Source: an uncultured Acidobacteriota bacterium
Lineage (GTDB): Bacteria > Acidobacteriota > UBA6911
Reading direction: 5' to 3'
DNA length: 64,000 nucleotides
Assembly (NCBI GenBank): GCA_963809485.1
Contig: CAWEJX010000004.1
Location: forward strand, 32,001-96,000
Shown here: positions 8,457 through 19,447 of the stretch, one piece after another
How the letters are laid out: every line of letters starts with the position of its first letter
How positions within the stretch are numbered: position 1 is the first letter of the stretch
Position numbers and translations under genes: made by a program
The notes under the pieces: model-generated
Database searches by the model: none
What the model saw: only the letters and a program-made list of their open reading frames with translations
Told to the model about the DNA's origin: nothing

Positions 8457-11400
8457 TTAGAAGTTGAATCGCAAAACCATCTGGCCCGTACGCTGCCCGC
8501 CGGTATTCATCCAGTTCGTGGCATAGCCGAAGCCGGAGGTCGCGTTGCCGTTCGCATCCGTTACCTGCGGAAGCAACATCGAATTGCTGGGCATAGGAAT
8601 ACGGGTTCGGTTGAACACGTTGCTCATTTCAACACGAATATTCAAGCTCATCTGTTCTCTGAACCGGAATACCCGTTCCAGGCTCAGGCTTTCCGTGGGA
8701 GCACGACGATACCGGTAATCCCCGTAAGCAGCGGAACCGTTGCCGAATGTGGCAGGAGGCGGCGTTTGCCACGCGTTCGGGTTCAGAATAAACGTCTTGT
8801 TGGGATCATAGTTGGAATTGATGTCCTGCGTATATAGCGGCTCGCCGGGCACCCGGGAGGAGTACGTAGCAGGCGCGCTGTAATAAGGAGAAGTGTTGCA
8901 TCCACCCAGAACGCTGAACGGAGCGCACAGCGACATCGTCTGAGCAACGTTAGGGTAATTGAGCGCAACCGGAGCCATAATCGGCAATCCGGATTGGTAA
9001 ACCAGGTAAGCCCCGATTCGCCAATCCTTCAATGTATAGCTCAGCGCTTTATTCACGCTAGCCCATGTGGGAGTCAGGTAGGTTGCGGTAAGGACAAAGC
9101 GATGCGGCACCGACGAAAAAGAGAGGCTCTTGTTCATCCTCAAATCATCCAGGTTATAGACCGCCGGATTGACCTGGAATGCCGAGTCCTGGGACTCTGT
9201 GCCCACGGTTGTTTCTTTCGACCAGACGTAATGAGCCTGCATGTCAAGCCCGTGAGAAAACCGTTTGGTCAACTTCAACTGCATGGAGTCGTACCAGGTG
9301 TTGCCCAGCGGCGCCCAGAGAACAAAAATGGTGCCGAAATGCGGGTACGGCCGAAGGGACTGCGACACAGTTCCTTTAAAGCCCGCATAGGGCTCTACCA
9401 GGTTGTGGGCCGCTTTCACCTCGGAGCTGACCGTATCAAACTGACTGATTAGCAGCATGCCATCATCTACGTTTCCGACACTCAGGTTGTGCTTTGCCAG
9501 AATCGCCGATGTAACACGGTTGGGGTCCGTAAGCGTTCCGCTGGCATTCCACCATGCCCCGCGGTTGCCAACGTAGGAAGCCTCCACGCTCAAATCCTTG
9601 GTAAGCTCACGCTGAATCCCGACGCTCCACATCAGCTGTCTCGGCGGGTATCCTGCATGCCGATCAATGGAGGTCATGAAGACAGCGCCCGGCGATTGCG
9701 GTGCCGATCCCGGGTCTTTGTCCGGCCATACCGGTGTAATCGGCACGCCGTCCTGAAGCAGAGAGATGGGATTGCCGTACTGGGTGGCAGGGCCATAGCG
9801 GTCGTCGGATCCGAGGCGCAGCGTCCACATTTCCAGCTGGGCCGTCTGCCCGTAGGAGACTCCAATGCCCCCGCGCAATACGGTCTTGGGCGTAATCTGG
9901 TATGCAAGCCCCAGACGAGGCCCGAAAGAATACGGGTAATTGCTGGCAAAATTGTTTCCCGGGCTTTCAAAGATCTTTGCGCCCGGAATATTGCCATAAG
10001 ACGGATTGGGAGTCTGATATCCGAAACTCGCGATGCGGCCGTATCCCTCTTTCAGATAGGTCTGGTAGTCATAGCGCAGGCCGTAGTCGATGGTAAGTTT
10101 GGGTGTCACCTTCCAGCTGTCCTGGGCGAAGAAGGCAAACGAGTGTTTCCCGATGTGGAAACTTGACTCAATGCCGATTTCGCCGTTGTTTACCTGGCCC
10201 ATCATGAAGCTGGCATAGGGAAATCCTATATTGCCGCCGCCGTAGTTAGTGGCATTCAGGTACGGAAGACCTGTCTGGGCAGGGCTGAAGAAGAACCAGC
10301 CGTTGCTGGGCGTTGTAGCTAGGGACGGATAGGATTCCACGCGCAATTCGGCGCCAAACTTGTAGGTGTGGTTGCCCTTTACCCAGTTGAGGGTTGCATT
10401 ACCCGTCGGCTTTTGCTGCCACTGCTTCTGCTGTGCAACCGGGCCTATGCCGTTCCCCTGGCCTGCGTCGGCCTTTCCGCCTCCCTGAGCCTGGTAGATG
10501 TTGTACATAGTCGGGTAAACACCCTTGGAAGTTCCGGTTAAGCCGAGCTCTGCTTCACTATCCCAACTCCCGAACCCCGGCGTGGGATCCCAGAACACGA
10601 AGTGCAGGAAGCCCCCGCCCAGGTGCAGCAGCACCGTTGGCGAAATCGTGTAGTCGAGGTTCACGCGCGCGGTATGCGCCGTTTCCCACAGATCCCGCTC
10701 TGTTGTGATCGGAGGTGCAAAACCGTCCGGGAAAGGCACGTATTGATCATTCAGCGACCAGTACCCGGAAATTTTCATTCTTGCAGCTGAGGTTGTGATC
10801 CATCTTGATCGAATAGATGGAGTTTTTCGTGTTATTGGAATATTGGTTCAAATAGTTGTTGACCGAGGAACTGTTCGTCGGCTGCGGAATGAAAGACTGG
10901 AGCTTCATCGCAACCGAGTCGAACTGATAGCCTGCCGGAGCTATATTGCCGGGGAATGGATCCCGGATAACATAGCTCTTGCCGTCGACAACTTCCGTTC
11001 GGGTCGTTTTAGGATCGTAAATCGCGCCATCCATGATCGGCCGCCCGAGCACGTCCGTGCCGAGCACTTTCCCCGTGTATAGCGCAGGCGAACTGAAATC
11101 GCCGTTGCGGTAGGCCATGGTGGGAACCGTGGTCTGGGTGCTGGTGCTCGTATTCAGCTTGTTTTGCTCAAAGCTGAAAAAGAAAAAGGTCTTGTCACGA
11201 CCGTCGTACATCTTGGGAAGGTATACCGGCCCTCCCACCGAAAAGCCCCAATCGTGCCGGCGGTCGCGCGGCCTGTAGTGGTTGTAAGGCTGCGCCGCAT
11301 TGAACATGGTTTCGTTTCTGAGGTATTCGAATGCGGTGCCGTGAAGCTCGTTGGTGCCCGACTTCATGGTCATGTTGAACATGCCGCCGCCCACCTGCCC

Positions 11401-12091
11401 GAACTCAGCCGCGAAGTTGCTGGTCTGGATGGCCGTTTCCTCGATCGAGTCCACGCTGGGCTGCGACATTCCGTAAGCTGCCGACCACGTCGTCTGGGTG
11501 GCATCCTGGCCTTCAATGCGGAGCGCCAGCGTTCCGGCCGGCATTCCGTTGACTCGCAGAGCGCCGAATATTCCTCCCGGCACCTGCATCTGCTGGCCGC
11601 CGGGAATCAGATTAACCGCCGAATAGGAATCGCGCATGCCGCCTGCGATGGACATGATCGGCAGGTCATTCAATCGTGACGACGAAACGTTGTGGCTCAG
11701 CTCGCCGCTTTCGGTCTTCAGCAAGCGGAGCGTCCGCGCTGACCGTGACCGTTTCGGTGATGTTCCCGACTTCCAGCGGAATGTCGATGCGCAGTGTCTG
11801 CGCGACCATGACGGTGATGCCGGTCCGGACATACTGCTTGAACCCGGTCACCGAGGCCGTGAGCTGATACGTGCCAACCGGTAATTGGGCAATCGTAAAG
11901 TTGCCCGTTGCCGAACTGGCCGCTTGATATACGGCACCGGTATCGAGGTTCTTCGCTTCAATCGGCACATTGGGGATCATGGCTCCTGCCGGATCCGTCA
12001 CCGTGCCGGTGATGGTACCCCTGTCGCTCTGGGCATATGCCGCCCCAAGGCACAGGAGTACGCACACTGATACAATTACAGTCAAACGCAT
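8457..12091 (-). CDS. TonB-dependent receptor, Oar-like with carboxypeptidase-regulatory-like N-domain (copy 1; frameshifts near 11730 and 10780)
   Basis: Three ORF pieces (11666-12160, 10747-11832, 8457-10778) together are collinear with the intact paralog at 12791-16435. Signal peptide, QSDRGTITGTV, C-terminal aromatic beta-signal RFNF. Confidence 0.9.
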
Positions 12092-12474
12092 GAGATATAT
12101 CCTCCTGAGGTCAAAGTGAACAAAGCAACCTTGAACGTGTGAATTCCGACCACCTTCCAAAGAAATCAGAGAGCGCGATCAGAACTCAAAGCTGAACCAA
12201 AACGAAAAACCGCTCGTGCCAGGGAATCGAGCGGATATATCCCGCTATAGCATTCTCGATTTGCACAAAAGATAAACAGGGCGGGTATTCCTAAATCGCT
12301 TGGCTGCTTTAAAAGCGGTAAACAATGCGGATGTTGCCCGGTATCGCTTCATCGCTTTAACAGGAACGAAAGCAACTGGAAAATTGCGGGAACCCTCCTT
12401 CCCGCGATCCGCCACATGTACATAAAACCAACTTGAGTGCCCTCATAATGCTTTGGTGCGGCTCATGATGTCAA
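12092..12474 (-). promoter_or_regulatory. Sigma70-like promoter and long conserved 5' leader of receptor 1
   Basis: TTGACA (12474-12469), 18 nt, CATTAT. Conserved blocks and hairpins are shared with 16436-16837. Confidence 0.6.
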
Positions 12475-12712
12475 GCGGAAACCGCCAATTATGGTAAGAA
12501 AGCTGACTAAGTGGCTATCGCGCCTTGATAGCCCCCTCGTGCGCAGCACTGGATGGAATTCGTAACCCTCACGCCGCGCTCGGGGATTCAGAGGTCCGGA
12601 GCCAGGAGAATTGAAGCCGTCACTTCCGTAATAACTGGGAACTCTGAACTGGAAACTGTATTTCCTAAACGATTCCTATATTCGATTTTCTGCGTTGGCG
12701 CCCAATCCGGAC

Positions 12713-12765
12713 AAAAAAAGGCCACGGATTCCGGGGATATCGCCTATCCCTGGAATCCGTGGCCT
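12713..12765 (-). terminator. Intrinsic terminator after TonB receptor 2
   Basis: GGCCACGGATTCC...GGAATCCGTGGCC stem with an A7 run. Confidence 0.8.
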
Positions 12766-12790
12766 GATTTACATATCCAGGCTGTGAAGC

Positions 12791-15700
12791 CTAGAAGTTG
12801 AACCGCATGACCAGCTGGCCCGTCCGCTGCCCGCCGGCATTCTGCCAGTTCGATGCATATCCGAATCCGGATATCGCATCGCCGTTCGCATTCCTTACCT
12901 GCGGAAGCAACATCGAGTTGCTGGGCATGGGAATACGGGTACGGTTGAACACATTGCTCAATTCAGCACGAATATTCAGGCTCATCTGTTCCCTGAATCG
13001 GAATAACCGTTCCAGGCTCAGGCTTTCTGTCGGAGCCCGACGATATCGGTAGTCACCGTAGGCAGCGGAACCGGTGCCGAATGTGGCAGGCGGAGGAGTT
13101 TGCCACGCGTTCGGGTTGAGAATAAACGTCTTGTTGGGATCATAGTTGGAATTGATGTCCTGCGAGTACAGCGGCTCGCCGGGCACACGGGAGGAGAATG
13201 TAGCAGGCGCACTGTAAAAAGGAGAAGTGTTGCATCCGCCCAAAACGCTGAATGGCGCGCACAGCGAGAGCGTCTGAGCCACGTTGTACTGATTCAGCGC
13301 GACTGGAGCCATGACCGGGAGTCCGGACTGGTATATCAGGTAAGCGCCGATCCGCCAATCCTTCAACGCAAAGCTCAACGCCTTATTCACACTGGCCCAC
13401 GCAGGAGTCAGGTAGGTCGCCGTGAGGACAAAACGATGCGGCACGGACGAAAACGAGAGGCTTTTATTCATCCTCAAGTCGTTCAAGTCGTAAATAGCCG
13501 GGTTGACCTGGAAGGCCGAATCCTGAGACTCTGTGCCTACGGTCGTTTCCTTCGACCAGACGTAGCTGGCCATCATGTCAAGTCCGCGAGAAAACCGCTT
13601 GGTGAACTTTATCTGCATGGAGTCGTACCAGGTGTTGCCCAGCGGCGCCCATAGCACAAAGATGCTGCCGAAATGCGGGTACGGCCGAATCGACTGCGAC
13701 ACCGTACCCCTGAAGCCCGCATAGGGTGCCACCAGGTTTTTGGCCGCTTTCACTTCAGCGCTGACTGTTTCAAACTGACTGACCAGCAATGCGCCATCGG
13801 CCGCGTTTCCCACACTCATGTTGTGCTTCGCGAGAATCGCGGGCGTCACGCGGTTGGGATCGGTGAGAGTCCCGCTGGCATTCCACCATGCCCCGCGGTT
13901 GCCGACGTAGGAAGCTTCTATGCTCATGTCCTTGGTGAGTTCACGCTGAATGCCGACGCTCCACATCAACTGTCTCGGCGGGTATCCTGCGTGCCGGTCG
14001 ATAGAGGTCATGAAGACAGCGCCTGGCGACTGCGGTTGAGCTCCCGCATCATAGTTCGGCCATTCCGGAATACCTCCCGGCGGACCGTCTTTCAGAAGGC
14101 TGAATGCGGTGCCGTAGGTTGTGGCGGGACCATAGCGGACATCCGATCCGAAGCGCAGAGTCCACATTTCCAGTTGGGCCGTCTGGCCATAGGAAATGCC
14201 TATTCCCCCACGCAATACGGTCTTCGGCGTGATCTGGTATGCCAATCCCAGCCGTGGACCGAAAGAATAGGGGTAATTGTCGGCGAAGTTCTCGACATCC
14301 CTACCTTCAAATATCTGAGCGCCGGGCAAGTTGCCGAATGACGGGTTGGGTACGTCATAGCCGAAGCTCGGGATGCGGCCGTCACCCTTCAAATACGTCT
14401 GGTAGTCATAGCGCAGACCGTAGTCGATGGTGAGTTTGCGCGTCACTTTCCAGCTGTCCTGTGCGAAAAGGGCAAAGGAGTGTTTCCCGATGTGGAAATA
14501 GGATTCCTGACCGTTTTCGCCATGGTCTACCTGGCCCAGCAGGAAGCTGGCGTACTGAAATCCTATATTGCCTGCGCCGCCGCCGATGCTGGTTTGATTA
14601 AGGTACGGGAGGGCTGTCTGCGCGGGACTGAAGAAAAACCAGCCGTTGCTGGGCGTCGTAGCCAGGGACGGATAGGATTCCACGCGCAATTCAGCGCCGA
14701 ACTTGAACGTGTGATTGCCCTTGACCCAGTTGAGGGATGCAGTCCCCGTCGGCTTTTGCTGCCATTGCTTTTGCTGCGCCACCGGGCCCATGCTATTCCC
14801 CTGGGCAGACGGGTCATCCAGTCCGCCTCCCTGATTGGCCATCAGGTTGTACATGGTCGGGAAAACGCCCTTGACAGTCCCGGGCATGCCAAGCTTCTCG
14901 AGACTGTCCCATTCCCCATATCCCGGCACGGGATCCCAGAAGGTGAAGTGCAGGAAGCCGCCCCCCAGGTGGAGCAGCACCGTCGGCGAGATCGTGTAGT
15001 CGAGGTTCACGCGCGCGGTGTGCGCCGTTTCCCAAAGATCTCGCTCTGTCGTAATCGGGGGGCCGAAGCCATCCGGGAAGGGCACGTACTGATCGTTCAA
15101 CGACCAGTACCCGGAGAGCTTCATTTTGGAGCTCAGGTTGTGGTCCATCTTGAGCGAATAGATGGAGTTTTTCGTTTTATTCGAATACTGTCTCGAATAG
15201 TTGTTGGTCGCCGCGTTGTTTGTTGCCGCCGGAAGATAGTTCTGCAGCTTTAATGCCACAGGATCGAACGGGTAGTCCGAACGAATTATGTTGTTGGGAA
15301 ATGGATCCCTGACAACATAGCTCTTACCATCTACTACTTCCGTGCGAGTAGTGAGAGGATCATAAATCGCTCCGTCCATGATCGGCCGTCCCAGAATGTC
15401 CGTGCCGAGCAACTTTCCGGTATATAGAGCAGGATTGCTGAAATCGCCTGTGCGGTAGGCCATAGTGGGAATGGTCCACATATCGCTGACACTTGTATTC
15501 AGCTTGTTCTGCTCAAAGCTCCAATAGAAGAAGGTCTTATCGCGGCCGTCGTAGATCTTGGGAAGATAGACCGGCCCTCCTACCGAGAACCCCCAATCGT
15601 GCCGGCGGTCGCGCGGCCTGTAGTGGCTGTAAGGCTGGTGCGCATTAAACATCGTTTCGTTTCGGAGGTACTCGAAGACCGTCCCATGAAGCTCGTTGGT

Positions 15701-16435
15701 ACCCGACTTCATGGTCATGTTGAACATGCCGCCGCCCACCTGGCCGAACTCTGCCGCGAAGTTGCTGGTCTGGACTGCCGTCTCCTCGATCGAGTCCACG
15801 CTGGGCTGCGACATTCCATAGGCCGCCGACCATGTAGTTTGGGTAGCGTCCTGGCCTTCAATGCGGAGCGCCAGCGTGCCCGCAGGCATGCCGTTTACGC
15901 GCAGACCGCCGAAAATGCCTCCCGGAACCGATATCTGCATGCCGCCGGGAATCAAATTGACCACGGAATAGGAATCGCGCATGCCGCCTGCGATGGACAT
16001 GACCGGAAGGTCGTTCAATCGTGACGACGTAATATTGTGGGCCAGTTCGCCGCTTTCCGTTTTTAGCAGCGGAGCGTCCGCGCTGACGGTGACTGTTTCG
16101 GTGATGTTCCCGACTTCAAGCGGGATGTCGATGCGCAGGGTTTGCGCAACCATGACCGTGATGCCGGTCCGTATATACTGCTTGAATCCCGTCACCGAAG
16201 CCGAGAGCTGGTAGTTGCCGACCGGCAGCTGGGTAATCGTGAAGTTGCCCGTCGCTGAACTGGCCGCCTGATATACGGCGCCGGTATCGAGGTTCTTCGC
16301 TTCGATCGGCACGTTGGGGATCATGGCGCCCGCCGGATCCGTAACCGTGCCGGTGATGGTACCCCTGTCGCTCTGGGCAAATGCCATCCCAAAACACAGG
16401 AGTACGCAGACTGATGCGATTACAATCAAACGCAT
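12791..16435 (-). CDS. TonB-dependent receptor, Oar-like (copy 2, intact)
   Basis: Long ORF with signal peptide, QTSNFAAEFG, KSGTNELHG, FAQDSWKVT, YGLRYD, C-terminal RFNF. AGGAGG RBS before ATG 16435. Confidence 0.95.
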   Translation of the reverse strand: MRLIVIASVCVLLCFGMAFAQSDRGTITGTVTDPAGAMIPNVPIEAKNLDTGAVYQAASSATGNFTITQLPVGNYQLSASVTGFKQYIRTGITVMVAQTLRIDIPLEVGNITETVTVSADAPLLKTESGELAHNITSSRLNDLPVMSIAGGMRDSYSVVNLIPGGMQISVPGGIFGGLRVNGMPAGTLALRIEGQDATQTTWSAAYGMSQPSVDSIEETAVQTSNFAAEFGQVGGGMFNMTMKSGTNELHGTVFEYLRNETMFNAHQPYSHYRPRDRRHDWGFSVGGPVYLPKIYDGRDKTFFYWSFEQNKLNTSVSDMWTIPTMAYRTGDFSNPALYTGKLLGTDILGRPIMDGAIYDPLTTRTEVVDGKSYVVRDPFPNNIIRSDYPFDPVALKLQNYLPAATNNAATNNYSRQYSNKTKNSIYSLKMDHNLSSKMKLSGYWSLNDQYVPFPDGFGPPITTERDLWETAHTARVNLDYTISPTVLLHLGGGFLHFTFWDPVPGYGEWDSLEKLGMPGTVKGVFPTMYNLMANQGGGLDDPSAQGNSMGPVAQQKQWQQKPTGTASLNWVKGNHTFKFGAELRVESYPSLATTPSNGWFFFSPAQTALPYLNQTSIGGGAGNIGFQYASFLLGQVDHGENGQESYFHIGKHSFALFAQDSWKVTRKLTIDYGLRYDYQTYLKGDGRIPSFGYDVPNPSFGNLPGAQIFEGRDVENFADNYPYSFGPRLGLAYQITPKTVLRGGIGISYGQTAQLEMWTLRFGSDVRYGPATTYGTAFSLLKDGPPGGIPEWPNYDAGAQPQSPGAVFMTSIDRHAGYPPRQLMWSVGIQRELTKDMSIEASYVGNRGAWWNASGTLTDPNRVTPAILAKHNMSVGNAADGALLVSQFETVSAEVKAAKNLVAPYAGFRGTVSQSIRPYPHFGSIFVLWAPLGNTWYDSMQIKFTKRFSRGLDMMASYVWSKETTVGTESQDSAFQVNPAIYDLNDLRMNKSLSFSSVPHRFVLTATYLTPAWASVNKALSFALKDWRIGAYLIYQSGLPVMAPVALNQYNVAQTLSLCAPFSVLGGCNTSPFYSAPATFSSRVPGEPLYSQDINSNYDPNKTFILNPNAWQTPPPATFGTGSAAYGDYRYRRAPTESLSLERLFRFREQMSLNIRAELSNVFNRTRIPMPSNSMLLPQVRNANGDAISGFGYASNWQNAGGQRTGQLVMRFNF

Positions 16436-16837
16436 GAGATATATCCTCCTGAAATCAGTTTGAACAAAGCAACCTTTAAGCTTTGAATCCTTAAAGCAGC
16501 CTTGGAATGTGCGGGGCCGCAATCAGGACTCATAGACAACCAAAATGGAACCACCGCTCGTGCCAGGGATTCGAGCGGATATATCCCGGTATTGCTTTAT
16601 CCCTTCACAGCACAGACTAACAGGGCAGTTATTCCAGGGTCGCCTGGTTGCTATAAAAGCGGTAAACAATGCGGATACAATCCGATATTGTCTCATCGCT
16701 TCAGATCAATATCAGCAACCGTAAGAGCGCGATTTGCAACTGGAAGAATGCGGGAATTTTCTTCCCGCGAGCCGCCGCTGGAACTTGGAACCAACTTGAG
16801 TGGCTATATATTGCTTCCAGTCGGATTCTGATGTCAA
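16436..16837 (-). promoter_or_regulatory. Sigma70-like promoter and long conserved 5' leader of receptor 2
   Basis: TTGACA (16837-16832), 18 nt, CAATAT. Collinear with 12092-12474. Confidence 0.6.
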
Positions 16838-16902
16838 GAAAAATCCGGATGCATTGAAAGGGAATGGGCTGGCAGATCTCCTTGAAAATACATGGAATAG
16901 GG

Positions 16903-16951
16903 GAGCCACGGATCCCATGGAGCGGTGATGCTCCCCGGGATCCGCGGTTTT
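16903..16951 (-). terminator. Terminator-like hairpin after receptor copy 3
   Basis: GCCACGGATCCC...GGGATCCGCGGT stem, homologous to the other two receptor terminators. Confidence 0.6.
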
Positions 16952-16975
16952 TGTCTAGCATTCACACCGAGCGGC

Positions 16976-17797
16976 TTAGAAATTGAATCTCGCAACCAGC
17001 TGGCCGGTCCGCTGGCCGGCGGCGGGAAGCGGGTTGATGTATCCGAAACCGGACTGAGTGTTGCCGGTCGTGGCATTCCTGACCTGAGGAGCTGTCGCGT
17101 TGGTCGCGCTGGGATTCGGGATCCTCACGCGGTTAAAAGCGTTCATCAGCTCCATGCGAATTGACAGCGACATCCTTTCTCTGACGCGGAAGATCCGGGC
17201 CAGACTCAGGTTTTCGCTTGGAGCACGTCTGTACCTGTATTCATTCAGGTAGGCGGAGGTCACACCGAAAACTCCTGGGGCCGGATTGGTCCAGGCAGCA
17301 GGATTCAGCACAAACTCCTTGTAGGGATCGAAGCTGGAGCTGAGGTCCGTAGTGAACAGCGGTTCCCCCGGCACGCGGTTTGCATGCGACGAGACACCGT
17401 AGGGGGAAACTGCGGAACTGTTGCAGCCGCCAAACACGCTCTGCGGCGCGCAAAGGGACAGCAGGTTGGTCAGATTGGGCGAGGTTTGCGCGAAGGGAAC
17501 ATGGATTGGGGCTCCCGATTGATAGTTCAGAACTGCCCCCAATTGCCAATTGCTGATTACGGCCGACAGGATTTTGTTCATGTTGGCAAATCTGGGAATG
17601 GTGTAGTTGGCGGTTGCCGAACTGACCGTCTGATACACGGCGCCGGTTTCCGTATTCTTCGCTTCAATGGGCACGTTCGGAATCATGGCGCCTGCCGGAT
17701 CCGTAACTGTGCCCGTGATGGTGCCCCTGTCGCTCTGGGCATAGCCTATCCCAAAACACAGAAGCGCACAGACTGATGCGATTAAGATCGAGCGCAT
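16976..17797 (-). pseudogene. Internally deleted TonB-dependent receptor (N-terminal ~68 aa fused in frame to C-terminal ~200 aa)
   Basis: Start matches the paralog N-termini and end matches their C-termini (YRYRRAP...RFNF). Junction at ATANYTIPRF (~17597-17615). Confidence 0.8.
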
Positions 17798-17969
17798 GAG
17801 ATGTATCCTCCTGATGTCGGTTTGAACAAAGCAACCTTTAGGCCATGAATCCGCGCAAGAGGAGCTTGTGGTATGCTGCCTGCATGAGTATTTATGGCTA
17901 TTATTTTGTATTAATGGAATTCAAGAAACACGTTCAGTAAAAGGGGGAAAAAGGAGGCAGCCAAAATCC

Positions 17970-19331
17970 ATGAAAACCGATCCCCGCATCCAGAGACTCA
18001 ACGACAGACAGGTTGCCGAAGGCGATTACGTGCTTTACTGGATGCAGCAGAGCCAGCGCGCCGAAGAGAATCACGCACTGGAGTATGCCGTCCGGATGGC
18101 AAACGCCGCGAATCTGCCCGTGGTTGTCGCGTTTGGCCTTACGGCCGGCTATCCTGAGGCCAACCTGCGCCACTACTCCTTTATGCTGGACGGTCTGCGC
18201 GAAGTGCGCCGCGGGCTTGCCGGGCGAAGAATTCTTTTCGTCGTGCAACACGGCGAGCCGCCCGAAGTTGCCCTCCGCCTTGGCCGCCGGGCTTCCTGCA
18301 TCGTCTGCGACCGCGGATATTTGCGCCATCAGGTCCTGTGGCGCGAACAGGTCGCTCGCGAAGCCCGCTGCCTTGTCGAGCAGGTGGAATGCGACGCGAT
18401 CGTGCCTGTGGACGCCGTCAGCGAAAAAAGGGAATCTTCCGCCCGCGCCTTCCGGCCCAAAGTGATGCGCCTGCATCGCCTGTTCCTTGACGGGATACGC
18501 CCCGTCCCTCCGGCCGTCGCCTCCGATTCCATGGCGATGGAAAGCCTCAACCTGGACGATGACGAGGCAGTTTTCGGTCCTCTTTCCATCAACACAAGCG
18601 TCAGGCCCGTATCTATGTTCGCGGGAGGCACAACAGCCGCCAAGGCCATGCTTGCCCGCTTCGTGCGCTCCCGTCTGGCAGGTTATGTCGAAAACCGCAA
18701 TCAGCCCCATTTGGACTATGTATCCCAAATGAGCCCCTACCTGCACTTCGGACAGATTTCGCCCATGTATATCGCTCGCAAGATCTACGGCAGCCCAGGC
18801 GGCGAAAAAGCCGACCGGGACAGCTACCTGGACGAATTCATCGTGCGGCGGGAGCTGTCATTCAACTTCGTCCGTCATGTCCCCGATTATGACCGGTTCA
18901 GCGGCCTGCCCGAATGGGCCCGGGCCAGTCTCCTGAAACATGCAGGGGACAGAAGATCCCATGTCTACAGCCTGGCCGGACTGGACGCCGCTCAAACACA
19001 TGATCCCTACTGGAATGCGGCCATGAATGAGATGAAGCACACGGGCTACATGCACAACCACATGCGCATGTACTGGGGAAAGCAGATCCTGGCCTGGAGC
19101 AGGTCTCCCGAAACAGCGTTCAGGAACGCGCTCGCACTGAACAACAAGTACCTTCTGGACGGCCGCGATCCGAATTCATACAGCAACATCGGCTGGATTT
19201 TTGGGTTATTCGACCGTCCGTGGCCGGAGCGTGAGGTTTTTGGGGTGATCCGGAGCATGACGCGGGGCGGCCTGGAGCGGAAAACCGACGCGGATGCCTA
19301 TGTCGCAAAAGTAAGCCGGCTGACCGGATGA
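17970..19331 (+). CDS. Deoxyribodipyrimidine photolyase, class II
   Basis: YVLYWMQQSQRAEENHAL, SPYLHFGQIS, THDPYWNAA, GYMHNHMRMYWGK, LDGRDPNSY. Confidence 0.92.
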   Translation: MKTDPRIQRLNDRQVAEGDYVLYWMQQSQRAEENHALEYAVRMANAANLPVVVAFGLTAGYPEANLRHYSFMLDGLREVRRGLAGRRILFVVQHGEPPEVALRLGRRASCIVCDRGYLRHQVLWREQVAREARCLVEQVECDAIVPVDAVSEKRESSARAFRPKVMRLHRLFLDGIRPVPPAVASDSMAMESLNLDDDEAVFGPLSINTSVRPVSMFAGGTTAAKAMLARFVRSRLAGYVENRNQPHLDYVSQMSPYLHFGQISPMYIARKIYGSPGGEKADRDSYLDEFIVRRELSFNFVRHVPDYDRFSGLPEWARASLLKHAGDRRSHVYSLAGLDAAQTHDPYWNAAMNEMKHTGYMHNHMRMYWGKQILAWSRSPETAFRNALALNNKYLLDGRDPNSYSNIGWIFGLFDRPWPEREVFGVIRSMTRGGLERKTDADAYVAKVSRLTG

Positions 19332-19447
19332 GAAAGGGTGTTTCGGCAGGGATGGGAAACCCGGATGGAAAATGATGCACGGGGCGCGGAAACCGGAACT
19401 CTTTCCCTCCGGTCTCCGCGTCTCCGCGTGAAATGGGTTTTTGGGGC

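Noticed and set aside
12210-12234. TGGCACG in the receptor leaders as a sigma54 promoter
   Set aside because: No TTGC at the -12 position in either copy; the sequence lies in a hairpin.
8457-17797. Receptor array as a diversity-generating retroelement or invertase shufflon
   Set aside because: No reverse transcriptase or recombinase in the window, all copies share one orientation, and differences are not obviously adenine-specific.
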